Shown: positions 12,260-25,758 of the stretch, one piece after another
Layout of the letters: the number at the start of each line of letters is the position of its first letter
Numbering within the stretch: position 1 is the stretch's first letter
Assembly (NCBI RefSeq): GCF_001194135.2
Contig: NC_068998.1
Location: 47,028,463 to 47,092,462 of the forward strand
Reading direction: 5' to 3'
DNA length: 64,000 bases
Source of the DNA: Octopus bimaculoides
Taxonomy: Eukaryota
Notes under the pieces: generated by a model
What the model was told of the DNA's origin: nothing
Seen by the model: the letters and a program-made list of their open reading frames with translations, nothing else
The model's database searches: none
Translations under genes and position numbers: made by a program

Positions 12260-12997
12260 GCGAGTATATGTGTATATATGTATGAGTGTACATATATGTG
12301 TGTATATATATTCATGTATATATAAATAGATAGCTACATACATACGTATACACACACACACATATCTATCATTCACACATACAAACACACACACCCCTAT
12401 CACTGTATTTTCCTGACGATCAGAAACATTGATCTCTAAGTACTCACTGTAATGTATTTCTGTAATGAGATCTTTGCTGATTGTATGTTTATAGATTTTC
12501 TTCTTGCTGTTGGCTTTTATATATTTTTGCCCTAAACAACTCCAAAATCATAACTGTGGATACAAATTCAACTGAAACAATCATTTTTTATTCTCTACTT
12601 TTCAATTTCAAATTTTTCTGTACATGATGGTGATTATTATTATTATTGTCATTATTGTAATAGAAAGGATTATTATTATTGTAATTATTATTATTATTAT
12701 CATTATTATCATCATTATTATTATTATTATTAATGTTATTATTATTTTCATTAGCATCTTCTTCCAATTCTGTTTCCATTTCTTGTCGAGTGTCTTCCTG
12801 ACACCTAGGGAAGAGAAACGTACTGTATACATTGGTAGGCCATTAAAACAAGCACACCAGATTGTTCACTTAGAGAGTCATGTGATAGAGGAAAAGAGGA
12901 AGACAGAGAGATAAAGGAAAAATCATTATTATTATTGTTATTATTATTATTATTATTGTTATAATTATTGTTATTATTATTATTATTGTTATAATTA

Positions 12998-13028
<31 letters not shown>

Positions 13029-13029
13029 A

Positions 13030-13276
13030 TGAAGATAGTGGGCCGGGCAAAATGCTTAGTGATATTTCGTTAGTTCAAATGCTGCTAAGGTCGACTTTGC
13101 TTTTCATCCCTTCAAGGACGATAGANNNNNNNNNNNNNNNNNNNNNNNNNNNNNNNNNNNNNNNNNNNNNNNNNNNNNNNNNNNNNNNNNNNNNNNNNNN
13201 NNNNNNNNNNNNNNNNNNNNNNNNNNACTTACTCTCTCCCCTGAAATTGCTGGCCTTGTGCCAAAATTTGAAACCC

Positions 13277-13278
<2 letters not shown>
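13030..13278 (+). mobile_element. SINE B copy interrupted by an assembly gap
   Basis: Head at 13030-13125; 3' end GGCCTTGTGCCAAAATTTGAAACC at about 13253-13277. Confidence 0.7.
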
Positions 13279-13310
<32 letters not shown>

Positions 13311-13321
13311 CATTATTATCA

Positions 13322-13546
13322 TTGTCTTACTTCTCAGAGTGCTTGGTCTTGTTTGCTCTGTTTGGTCCTTTGAGAACGGACAGCAGGCCTGCTGTCTGAG
13401 GTCTCACGGGGTCTCTTCCCACTCATTATAAGCTTTGGTACTTAGTTGTTAATTATCATGGAAGATATTCAACATACAGGTACCAGTCTCAAAATCCTAG
13501 CTGTCCCCAGCAGAGCAGTTCTTTGGGCTTGCTCTGTCAATTCCAA
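13322..13546 (-). mobile_element. 3' end of a second R4/Dong-like family
   Basis: ELTEQAQRTALLGTARILRLVPVC* followed by a roughly 160-nt 3' UTR unrelated to the first family; (TAA)n on both sides. Confidence 0.65.
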
Positions 13547-15680
13547 TTATCATTATTATTATTATTATTATTATAATTTGTTGTTGTCGTTGTTGTTCTT
13601 GTTCTTGTTGTGGTTCTTGTCGCTGTTGTTGGTTTCCTTGTCATCATTCCTTGATGTATTTAATTTAAACCCTGCGGTGCTAAAACATGGAGAAAGATCT
13701 AGAAGACATTATCAGACCCACAGTTGTAAAAATAATTGGTGGTAAATAGTTTGGCACCGAAACATCTTCATAAAAACCTATCTAAGAATCTAATTTAGTT
13801 TCACTTTAAATTACTTATATCCATTTACACAAAAGCCTCAATGTCACATCTTCACCAAAAAAAAAAAAAAGGAAAAAAAAGACAGTAAAACCATAGTAAC
13901 CAAGATATATCTGACTTTGTGCTCAACTTCAAATAAAACAGAAAAAAGCAAAAAAAAAAGATTATTCTCAGAATAGTCTTTGAAAACAATATTTATGAAT
14001 TTCTTCTTTTTCTTCTTCTAAAATCGTTGTCAAATATGAAATACGGGTGAATTGAGAATAAAACACACTCACACAGATGCACACAAACATCCTGTACATA
14101 CATACATACATACGTACATAAATACTTTCAAATAGATATTTGGGGAATGTTTTAGATTGTTCATAAGGGGAACTATTTGTCTTTCTTAGACCCATTTTCT
14201 CTTCTGCTTCCCCTCTTATAATCAGGACCTCTACAATGGCTACAGGTACAACATTTGGCTCATGAGATTTAATATCTCACTACAGGAGCAAAGGATGAGT
14301 TAAACTCCACACAAGTAACACTCGAAGGGAGTAAAACTCAACAAATTGATGACAGAATGACTGCTATGGAGCAACTCCGCTCAGCAAACAGACAGTTTCT
14401 CCCTCTGTCCTCTGGGTCATCCACAGACTCCCTATGTGATCCTGGTCGCTTGTTATGTCATGTGGGTCACTCATAATCTTCCTATGCTACATGGGCAACT
14501 CACAGGCTCCCTATGTCATGTGGTTCCCTTGCTGTGTCATACAGGGCACTCACAATACTCCTATGTCACATGGGCTATTCACAGACTCAAGTCTGTGAGG
14601 GAACCTCTTTGTGGTTGCTAAAATTTGTTAGAATTTCTCTATTGTATTTTTTAAAATTTACATTGGATAATGTAGCATAAATAAAAGACAGGATGGACAC
14701 AGCTTGAAATCCTTTGAACATAAGTTTGTTTATTCATATCTAACTTGAGGTTAACAACAGTCTTAGAATGTTATTAGAAACTTGAGTCAAATGACCCCTA
14801 AACCAAATGTACTTGGCCAAAAGTCTCTAATTAATCCCTTTTTTTTTCTATTGTTATTGTGGAACAAATTGGATGACTAAAGACCCATGATTGCCACAAT
14901 AAGGAAACTACAATTTGATCCCACAAAACTGCTGCATGAGACTAAGGGAGATAATTGTCAATCATCCAAGAGAGTTAATTTGGAAAAAATACAGCACTGT
15001 AAAAAAAATATTAAATAATTTCTCATATAATAATGATAATGATAATTATTATTTATGTATTTCAATGTGATTCCTTTGTGTTATTTATATTATAAGGATT
15101 TTAAAAAAAGGACTTTTTTTGCAATTTTTTGTGGCTTTCCATTGATTGTTTCTTTTTTATTTTTTATTTTTTATTTCAAATACTTGTTAATTCCTATGGT
15201 TAAAAAAAAAAAAAACTACAAAATACTTTTAATATTTTTCTCTCTTCTGCTCCCAATATTTATATAAATTATTCCTTTAATTAATTTTTTTTTTATAAAA
15301 TATTCTCAAAAAAAACTGGAAATAAATAACAATAAATAAATATATATATATATATATAAAATATTTTGTTGTTAGAATGATTTATTGTGTGAACAACAAA
15401 CATTTCTGATTAGTTTCAGGGATATCTTTTCATCAGTGAAAGGAAAAAGATAAGTGCTTTTATCTTTTAATTGGTCTATATTTAAAAGATGAGGAATTAT
15501 GTATATTATTTACATTTGATGGATATTTGTCCTCGTCAGCCAAAACGTTGTGTTAACAATAAACAAGATGAGGACAAATATCTGTCAAATGTAAATAATG
15601 TAAATAATGTGTAGCACTTTATGTTCTGAGAAACTAAAATACACCACAGTATTTTCTCTTACATCTTATAAGTTCTTCCA

Positions 15681-15868
15681 CACCACCTCCCTGGATGCTC
15701 CATTAATTTTACTACTCCACTCCCACCCCCAGATGTGCCACCAATTCTAACAGCCCACCTCCCTGGATGCTTCACCGATTCTACCACTCCACCTCCCTTA
15801 ATGCACTACCGATTCTACCTGTCTACCTCCCTGGATGCTCCACCGATTCTACAAGTCTGCCTCCACCA
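15681..15868. repeat. Minisatellite, about 34-bp unit CACCTCCCTGGATGCTCCACCGATTCTACC.., about 5 copies
   Basis: Direct inspection. Confidence 0.8.
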
Positions 15869-16156
15869 ATTCAGTCAATACATTGTTCTGATGTTCTATC
15901 AAAGATTTCCATGTTAAGAACAATAATAATGTTTGTAGACAGCATGGTGTCAGGTAGTGGTGGTGATGGTGCAACCCTACAACTCAATGTCAGAATTTGG
16001 TAATAATTAAAAAAAAACAAAAACAAAATATAACAATTTGTAAACTTTTGGTAGAATGTGAAATAATTCTCCTTTTGGAACAGTGGATCTTGAAGCACAC
16101 AAAGCTACAAAGAATAACATGTAAATATTTGAAGGTTGTCTGTGAAAGATGAATCG

Positions 16157-16533
16157 ACATCTCTCTCTCTTTACTCTTTTACTTGTTTCAGTCATTTGAC
16201 TTCGACCATGCTGGAGTACCGCCTTCAGTCGAGCAAATCGACCCCAGGACTTATTCTTTGTAAGCCTAATTCTATCGGTCTCTTTTGCCGAACCTCTAAG
16301 TTATGGGGACATAAACACACCGGCATCGGTTGTCAAGCGATGTTGGAGGGACAAACAGACACACATATATACATATATACGACGAGCTTCTTTCAGTTTC
16401 TGTCTACCAAATCCACTCACAAGGCTTTGGTCGGCCCGAGGCTATAGTAGAAGACTCTTTGCCGAAGGTTCCACACAGTGGGACTGAACCCGGAACTATG
16501 TGGTTGGTAAGCGAGCTACTGACCACACAACCG
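16157..16533 (-). mobile_element. Composite SINE family C-D, full length with a short internal microsatellite
   Basis: Colinear with 26246-26678. Confidence 0.85.
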
Positions 16534-16920
16534 CAACAGTTTTTTGAGGCTTTTTCTAGCCAAACAGTTTACCAATCTATTATTTATATGCTAATTGTTA
16601 TGGCTTTATGTGCTTCATGATTCACTGTTCCAAAAAAAAAAAATTTCCTAAATGGAAAATGTATTAGTTTTGGTCAACTGTGACCTCATATGACTTCTGC
16701 TCAAAATAATCATGAAAAAGACACCAAAAGAAGAATATTACAAGAAGTAATTGTTTAATTTAATTAACCAGTTAATTAATTAAGGAATGCTTTCAGAATG
16801 AAAACAAAAACCAAAAAAAAACATAACAAACAAGATGTATAACAACAACATCAATATCAATAAAAATAATAATAATCTCAATAATAATAATAATAATCTC
16901 AATAATAATAATAATAATAA

Positions 16921-18072
16921 TGGTTTCAAATTTTGGTACAATGCCAGAAATTTTAGAGGAGGAGGAAATAAATCAATTACATCAACCCCCCAGTAATCAA
17001 CTGGTACTAATTTCATCGAGCCTGAAAAGATGAAAGGCAAAGTCTACCTTGGCAGAATTTGAACCAAGAACATAAGAGCTGGAAGAAACGTCCCCAAGTA
17101 TTTCATCTAATTCTGCCTCGTTGCTGCCTAATAATAATAATAATGATAATGATAATAATCCTTTCTACAGGGAGCACAAGGCCTCAAATTTGGGGGGAGG
17201 GGGGATTAAGTCAATTACATCGACCCCAGTGTGTAACTGGTACTAATTTTATCGACCCTGAAAGGTTGAAAGTCAAGTTCGACCTTGACGGAATTTGAAC
17301 GCTGGGTGAAATGCCGCTGAGCATTTCGTCCAGTGTGGTACCGATTTGGCCAGCTCACCGCCTTAATAATAATAATAATAATAGTTTCGAATTTTAGCAC
17401 AATGCCAGCAACTTCGGGAGAGGGGGTAAGCTGATTACATCGACCCCAGTATTTAACTGGTACTTTATTTTATTGACTCTGAATGGAATGACAGGCAAAG
17501 TCAACCTTGGCGTAATTTGAACTCAGAGCATAAAAGCAGATGAAATCTCGTTAAGTATTTTTTCCTGATGTGCTAATGATTCTGCCAGCTCACTGACCAA
17601 TAATAACAACAACAATAATAATATTAATGATTTCAAATTTTGCACAAGGCAAGCAATTTCGGGAGAGGGGGGGGGAGTAAGTTGATTACATCAACTCCAC
17701 TGCATAACTGGTATTTTATTTTGACTCTGAAGGGGATGACAGGCAGAGTCAACCTTAGCGGAATTTGAACTCAGAACATAAAAACAGATGAAATTCCGTT
17801 TGACATGCTAATGATTCTGCCAGCTCGCTGACCAATAATTACAGCAGTAATAGTATTAATGGTTTCAAATTTTTGCACAAGGCCAGCAATTCTAGGGAGA
17901 AGACAGTTAGTATATTACAGCAACCTTAGTATTTAACTGGTACTTTATTTTATCAATGCTGGGAGGAAAGAAAAGCAAAGTTAACCCCCGGCAGGATTTG
18001 AACTCAGAATGCAAAGAGCCAAACTGAATACTGTAAAGCGTTTTTCTAACTATTCTACCAGCTTGTTGCCCT
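16921..18072 (-). mobile_element. Head-to-tail array of 5 SINE B copies separated by (AAT)n spacers
   Basis: Copies at about 16921-17130, 17158-17384, 17404-17598, 17628-17833 and 17861-18072, all in the same orientation and mutually diverged. Confidence 0.85.
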
Positions 18073-18486
18073 CATGATTACAAAAACAACAAAAATAATT
18101 CTTGTGAATGGAAAAAAAAAAAATTAAATTTCAAAAAATAGTATATCAATTATAAAAATGTGTGTGTTCTTTAAACTTAATTCGGTTTCAAGTCCTCCCC
18201 ACTCCCCAGAAACATTATAATTTTAATTAGTTAAATAACTACGATTACACTTTTGCTTGATCAATCTTTTTCTAAACATATATGCTTTTCTAACATTATA
18301 GACATGTACACTCTTGTATTTCTATACATATATGTGTGTGTGTGTGTGTGTGTGTNNNNNNNNNNNNNNNNNNNNNNNNNNNNNNNNNNNNNNNNNNNNN
18401 NNNNNNNNNNNNNNNNNNNNNNNNNNNNNNNNNNNNNNNNNNNNNNNNNNNNNNNNNNNNNNNNNNNNTATATATATATATATATG

Positions 18487-18645
18487 CGCGGGCATGGCCG
18501 TGTGGTTAGGAAGCTTGCTTCCCAGCTACATGGTTTCGGGTTTAGCCCCACCACGTGGCACCTTGGGCAAGTGTCTTCTGCTACAACCCCGGGCCGACCG
18601 AAGCTTTGTGATTGAATTTGGTAGGCGGAAGTTACTGCCGTATGT
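18487..18645 (+). mobile_element. SINE C (5' module)
   Basis: GGCATGGCCGTGTGGTTAGGAAGC...CACCTTGGGCAAGTGTCTTC...TTTGGTAGGCGGAAG. Confidence 0.75.
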
Positions 18646-19255
18646 GTATATGTCTGTGTATGTGCCTCTCTGAAAGAGAGAGGGGATATATATATATATA
18701 TATATGCATGTGTGTATGTTATATATAGACACATATGTATGTTATATATATAAGCTATAGTGACTGCTGGAAATTGAATTTGAAACTGTACCACAGATTT
18801 CACTCAAGAACTGACTCATCATAACTCAACAAGTTATCATCATCATCATCACTATCACCATCACCATACTAAAAAAAACTGTTAGCTACCAATTCAATTA
18901 GTAGAGATGTTATCCTGATCTTTGGCAACAAGTTCTCATACATCTCAAGAATATTATTATTATTACTATTGGCTCAACCCCTAAATAAAAAGCCATTATT
19001 ATTAATAATATTATCATTAGAATGGTGAGATGGCAGAATTCTTAGACTATAAGAAGATATGTCTTGTAGTATTTCTTCCAATTCTTTCTGATCTGGTTTC
19101 GCATCACCAATGTCATCTTAGTGTTTCAGCCCTTTGGAAGGGACTCAGTAAAATAAAGGATCAGTCAGTCACATACTAAAGTCAATGGTAAAACCCCTGC
19201 ACCAAAAAGAAAAAAAAAAAAGCTAATTGGCCTCTATCTAATTATTATTATTATG

Positions 19256-19670
19256 AAGGTGGTGAGCTGGCAGAATCATTAGCATGCCGGGCAAAATGCT
19301 TAGCGACACTTCATCAGTCTTTACGACCAGAGTTCAAATTCCGCCGGGGTCAACTTTTTCTTTTCATTCTTTCCCGGTCAATAAAATAAGTACCAGTTAA
19401 ACATTGGGAGTTGATGTAATCGACTAGCCCCTTCCTCCAGAATTTCAGGCCTTGTGCTTCTATAGTAGAAGTAATTATTGTTGTTATTATTAAGGCAGCG
19501 AGCTGAAAGACTCGTTAGTATGTTAGACATGTTTAGTAGCATTTCAGTTTGACTTTGCCTTTCATCCTTTAAGGATTGATAAAACAAGTACCAATCAAAG
19601 TACAAGAGTCAATGTAATCAACTTACCCCTCCCCTCAAAAACTATTGGCCTTGTGCCACAATTTGAAACC
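19256..19670 (+). mobile_element. Two head-to-tail SINE B copies
   Basis: 19256-19472 and 19492-19670 (internally deleted), with ATT spacers. Confidence 0.8.
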
Positions 19671-21299
19671 ATTATTATAATTATTATTATCATCCGTGTT
19701 CACCTTATCATGGCATTTGCATTCAAGTGTTGTCCCTTCAACAATCTTACCTATGGAACAACATCAATGTCATAACAGATATATTTCACATAATCAAACA
19801 TTTTTACAAAAATCTATAAATTTATGCATTAAAACACAAATTTTTTTTTTTTTTTTAAATCAAGGGAATTTCCACAAGTCCTGCTAATTACTGTAATTAA
19901 TTATTATTATCAATTACCAACAAATATAGCCACTAAAGGTCGTCATTTCCAGTGGTAACGAAGGTAGTTATTGTTATTGCAGACTAGAGACCAATTAAAA
20001 TTGAATTGCATGGATTTAATTATTTTATTTAAAAATTTGCTCTCCATTAAATTAGTTTTTTTTTATTATTAAGTTAATATTTATTTCAATTTTCCATTTT
20101 TTAAAAAATTTCCTCAGATTATTACCTCCCTCAACTCATTCATTTCAATGTCCGTCTAATTGTGTATCAGTCAGTCATCAAATACCAATAATTAAATATT
20201 TTAATTAGTTTGTTTTACAAATCAGTCAATAATTATTGACACCTCTGCCCACACTGTAAACTGCTTTACCATTATTATTATCATCATTATTACAATTATT
20301 ATTATTATTATTATTATTATTATTTTTGGCCTTGAGCCAAAATTAGAAGAATCATAATTATTATTTATATTGATACGTTCGTAACAATCACTAATTTTAT
20401 TATATTATATTGTTATTGTTGCAGTATTTCAAGGGGGGTGATGATGATGGGTGGGGAGTGGCAGAATTGAGCTGTCGCACTAAACACCGGGAAGCATTAA
20501 ATGTCACTACTTAGCCACCTGTCTGTCTGTCTGTCACTTCTCCCCATCTACATATCACTCTATATATCTATATGTCTGTCAGACTCTCTCTCTCTCTTTC
20601 TGGCATGGGAGAAGAGACAGGGGGTGGGGCAAATTGGGGAGGATGTTGTAAAGTAAAAGAAATAAAACCAAAAAAATGGAATTAATATAAAATTGCAGGA
20701 GGAGGATACATGAAGGGGGGGGGGGAGAAAGAGAGGAAATACAATGGAACACACACACACACATAAAATGTATGATATTATATATTGATTTCAACCTATT
20801 TTACCAGTCAGTTTCACACAGGGTATTAGATAACAGTACAGTTACTAAACACCATGTGATCTTCAGAGATGGCAGATCCAGAAAAAATATGGCTTGTAAA
20901 AGTGCGTAGATATAATATATTAGTCAATCAAATTCCAATATAGTCCGATTCTCACATTTTGTGAATTTTTACAATTTTACAATATTAGAAGTAACAAAAT
21001 AAAATATATAATATTTTCAGATATAAGCAATATCTTTTCTTGTTATTAACAATCTTCAGATAATCATTTATGTAGTAGTAGTAGTAGTAGCTGTAGCATT
21101 AACCAACATTATCAAATGATTGTTAATGTTACTACTACTACTATTACTACTGTATAAACATTTGCTTGAAGGAAGTGAATAGTAAGAATATATACTGCCC
21201 GTATATGAAGAAAATTGCATATATTATTTTGTTACTTCGAATGTAAAATAGTAAAAATATAAAAATAAAATGTGAAAACTGGATAGAAATTTGGTTGAT

Positions 21300-21672
21300 T
21301 AATATATATATATATATATGTATGTATATCTATGTATGTATATGTATGTATATATATATGTATGTATATCTATGTATGTATATATGTGTATATATATATA
21401 GATATATATATATATGTATATATATATATATGTGTATATATATATATGTGTGTATATATATATATGTGTGTATATATATATGTGCATATGTATATATATA
21501 TATGTGCATATGTATATATATATATGTGCATATGTATATATATATGTGTGTATATATATATGTATATGTGTATATGTATATATATGTGAATAAGTATATA
21601 TATGTCTATATGTATATATATGTATATATATATATGTNNNNNNNNNNTATATGTATATGTATATATATATGT
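21300..21672. repeat. Compound (TA/TG)n microsatellite; similar blocks at about 11985-12370, 25085-25165 (GA), 25285-25445, 34960-35100, 51830-52200 and 53490-53910
   Basis: Direct inspection. Confidence 0.95.
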
Positions 21673-22284
21673 TCCGTTTATATATTTGTTTTGCAAGATT
21701 TTTGATGTGAAATCGTGTGTTAAAACAGATGTTGTTGTACTTGGGGATGGTCATATTGCCAGTTTAGCCAATAAAAACACACGCACTGTATATTTCGTGT
21801 TAATTTGATTCAGCTTTATGTTACATTGGATTACATTAATCCTATTTCAGCCAGAGTTCTTTCGTCACACTTCTGTGACCTCATCAGTGGTTCTTTGCTT
21901 TCTTCTTTATGTGTGTCCCTCCTTGCTAACGATCAGCCATTTTGTATTTTGTATTCCTATTGTATGTGTCTACGCATGCGTATCCCTCAATGTGTGTCTA
22001 TGTTTTGTAAGTGCATGTGTGTGTATGGGGAGTGCCTGTATTATCAATATCCTCTGTTAATACATGTTCGTTTATTTTTGTTTCTATTTATTTATTTGTT
22101 CATCTGTTTATACCTACTTCTTTTCTCATAGATGAGATACTTAAATCTATAATTGTGCCCAATCAATAATAAAAATAGATTTAAATATCTCATTTTTGTG
22201 GCTTGAAATAGGAATTGCTTCTGTGGCTTTGTGGACGTTGATGTTAGTAAAGTATAACTCAGTGTTTGGTATAGAGGTTTCAAT

Positions 22285-22600
22285 CCCTTTTTTGAAGTTC
22301 GCGCGGTTAAACCATTGGGAGTGACGGACCCCTAGCCCTTGTTAGGGCATCCTTCTAGGAGAAGGCAACTCAGGCAACTGGGATAACTCCGACATAAAAC
22401 CTGCGGCTCAGTGGTTACCGATGATGTTGAATCGTTCTTCTTTTTGGGTTATGGCTACTGTTGTTTAGTGAGTGGGATTGACTCAGTGCACAGCCTTTCC
22501 TCACTTTAAAAAAAAAATCTTCTTGCACAGGCACTGCACGATAACAACATGTTAAGCTTCGTGCAATGGCCATACTTGATAACGAGCGGGCAGCCATCAT
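22285..22600 (+). mobile_element. CpG-containing repeat resembling the 5' region of an RTE-type element
   Basis: GTTAGGGCATCCTTCTAGGAGAAGGCAACTC...AAAACCTGCGG motif; classification from motif recall only. Confidence 0.4.
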
Positions 22601-24208
22601 CATATATACATATATATGTATATATATGTATATATATATGTAGAGCTGTGTGTGTGTATTAATACATATGGTAACTTCATAGAGTGAATGAGAAAGATAC
22701 ACTGAAAAAAAAAGGAGTTGGCATTGCTTTTAATGACATTTTAAAGACTTGCATCAATCTATACAATATTACTACACTACGTCTTATGACCATTAACACC
22801 ACCATCACCATCAAAATCAATAATAACAATGAAAACAAAACAAAAACCTGCAATAACAACACAATATTGACAGATTGGTGGTTACACAGGTTGGGAGGAG
22901 GAGAAGTTTGTGTATTTACAAAGAAAACAAATATATCAACAATGAAGAGAGAAAGAGAGAGAGAGAGAGAGAAATTTTTACGATCATCCTGGCTAGGTAG
23001 CTATAGACTCCCAAAAGAAGACTCACTCACACACATACACATACATACATACAGGGGTGCCGTAGGTGACTGCTGATTACAGAAATTTATTGTAGAAGCC
23101 AAGAATAAATTGGTTACAGACCGAAACAGCATCCATCTATTCTTCCACAAAGCAATCATTTAATTAATTAAATCGTTAGTCTATGTTATATAATACACCA
23201 CCATCATCATCATCATAATCATCTCTCTGTCTATCTCTCTCTCTCTCGTTTCAATTTACTTGACTGACATCTCAGGTCAGCTAAATCTGTCGGTCATCCC
23301 GTCAGAGAGAGAGACCCTAAAACTGACCATCATTCGCAGCTGGTTCAGGTTCAAATTACAACAGAAGACAACTTTTTATAACTTTTATCACACCACCATT
23401 ATTATTATTATTAACATTATTATTATTAACATTGTTATTATTAACATCATCATCATCAACAACAACATTATCTTCCACAGGTCTTTTCCAATATCTCACC
23501 TCTTTTAGTCTTCGGCAACATATTTTTTTTTTCGACCAAAATTCTATCTCAACCAGAAATACCAACTGACTGATATGTTTAAATATTTTTTCAATCTACA
23601 TTTTATTCAGTTCCATTTCCATTTTCTTCACCTCAGTTCTGCTTTTTTTCTTTTTTTTCTTTCTTTTATCAAAACAAATCTTTTTTTTTTCACCTATTCT
23701 CATTTCTCCAACTTCACTTTTTTTTATTTCAAATGTCACAAATTCAGTCATGTATATATATATATATATATACACGCACACAGTCGTGTGTGTGTGTGTG
23801 TGTGTGTGTTTATGTATATGCATATGCATATATGTATCATGTACTGTTGTGCTATTGGTGGGATTAACAAGGAATGCACTCCATCCAGTGAGATAAATAT
23901 CATCTAATATACACAGGATCTAAATGTGAGCCTCTATAACTTTCATACCTCTGATAATTACTACAATAGTGAGAAGAACTCATATAATGTGTTGTGTACT
24001 ATCAGATTTCCTAACAGAACATGCATGCTATACAAGCTTGTCTGACAATTGTATTATAAGAAGCATGAAACTTATAGTAGCTCGGATTTAAATCCTGTTT
24101 GTGTGTGTCTGTATATATATATGTGTGTGTGTGAGTGTGTGTATATGAATATATGTCTGTGAGGGTGTATGTACATATATATNNNNNNNNNNNNNNNNNN
24201 NNNNNNNN

Positions 24209-24241
<33 letters not shown>

Positions 24242-25081
24242 CTGTGTTGCTAATATGTTTTTAGGTGAGGGAGGGAGACCAAATATATGTTGCCCACATA
24301 AAAGTTTACATTTTATTTTATTTTATTTTATATCATTTTTGTTTTCCTTCTTTGGTAAATGTGGTTCCTGTTGTAATCAAAAGATTCTTCAAATAGTTTA
24401 AAGATTTTGATGTTTTTGTGAGGGGAAAAAAAAAAGTGAGTGAAGAATATCTGCGTGTCATTTACTTAATTTTTTTTTTTGTTATTTTTGAAGTTCTTTT
24501 ATATTTCTTGCATTTTGCTTCTCTAGTGCTCCCATTTCAAGAATTGGACATTCCTTCCTTCCTTCCTTCCTTCCTTCTCTCCTGCAAAACTCATTCTTTC
24601 TTTTCTTCCATTAAATATGCTTTACATTACTAATTCCATTGCAAAGATACAAACACACACATATATACATACATACATAAACATCAGTGTGTGTGAGTGC
24701 ATTAAATATATATATATATATAAGTACATATATACATACATCAGTATGTGTGTGTGTGTGTATAAATATATATGAATACATATATACATGCATTAGTATG
24801 TATATGTGTGTATGTACATAAATATATATACATACATACTAAAGCCACATGTTTATATACTCACACATATAAGCATATGTACATGTCTGTATGCGCAAGT
24901 GAATGTGTGTGTATATATATGTGTGTGTATGTGTGTATGTATGTATACATATACACACACATAGTTCTTCACTAAATTTGTTTCTTATTTCAGTCCAACA
25001 AATAATTATTCTATTGTTCTATTTAAATATTTATTTATTCATTTCGTAATTATTAAAGTTATTATTAAAGTACGATTGAAC

Positions 25082-25165
<84 letters not shown>

Positions 25166-25409
25166 CAGAGAGAGAGAGGGGAAAGAGAGAGAGAAACATC
25201 AGAATATATATACGAAAACACATTCTCATACAGACATACATCACTTATACAAAAAGCAAAAAGTGTTTTAGAAAGATTGTGATTATATATATGTGTATAT
25301 ATATGTGTATATATATGTATATATATATATATATGTGTATATATATATATGTATATATGTATATATATATATATGTATATATATATATGTATATATATAC
25401 ATATGTATA

Positions 25410-25449
<40 letters not shown>

Positions 25450-25758
25450 GAGAGAGAAAGTGGCATGTGGCTATGTGTGTGTGTGTGTGTCTCACTCTCT
25501 CTCCCTCTCTCTCTCTCACCTCACACTACCAGAAAGAAAGAGACCCATCCCCCCATCAACCACCACCACCACCACTTCCACCACTGCCACCACCACCATC
25601 ACAGAAGGAAACCCCCCCATATCGGCAGGGCTGGTGAGTAGCTAGCTGTATGGTCGATAGTGGTGGTGGTGGTTATGGTGGTAGAGTTAGGTGGAGGTGG
25701 AAGAAGTAGTAGCAGCAGCAGCAGAGGCGGCGGCGGTGGTGGCGGCAGCAGCAGCAGC

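Noticed and set aside
12535-12587. SECIS-like ATGA-N12-AA-N17-GA pattern on the minus strand
   Set aside because: Helix II pairs poorly, and such patterns are expected by chance in AT-rich DNA.
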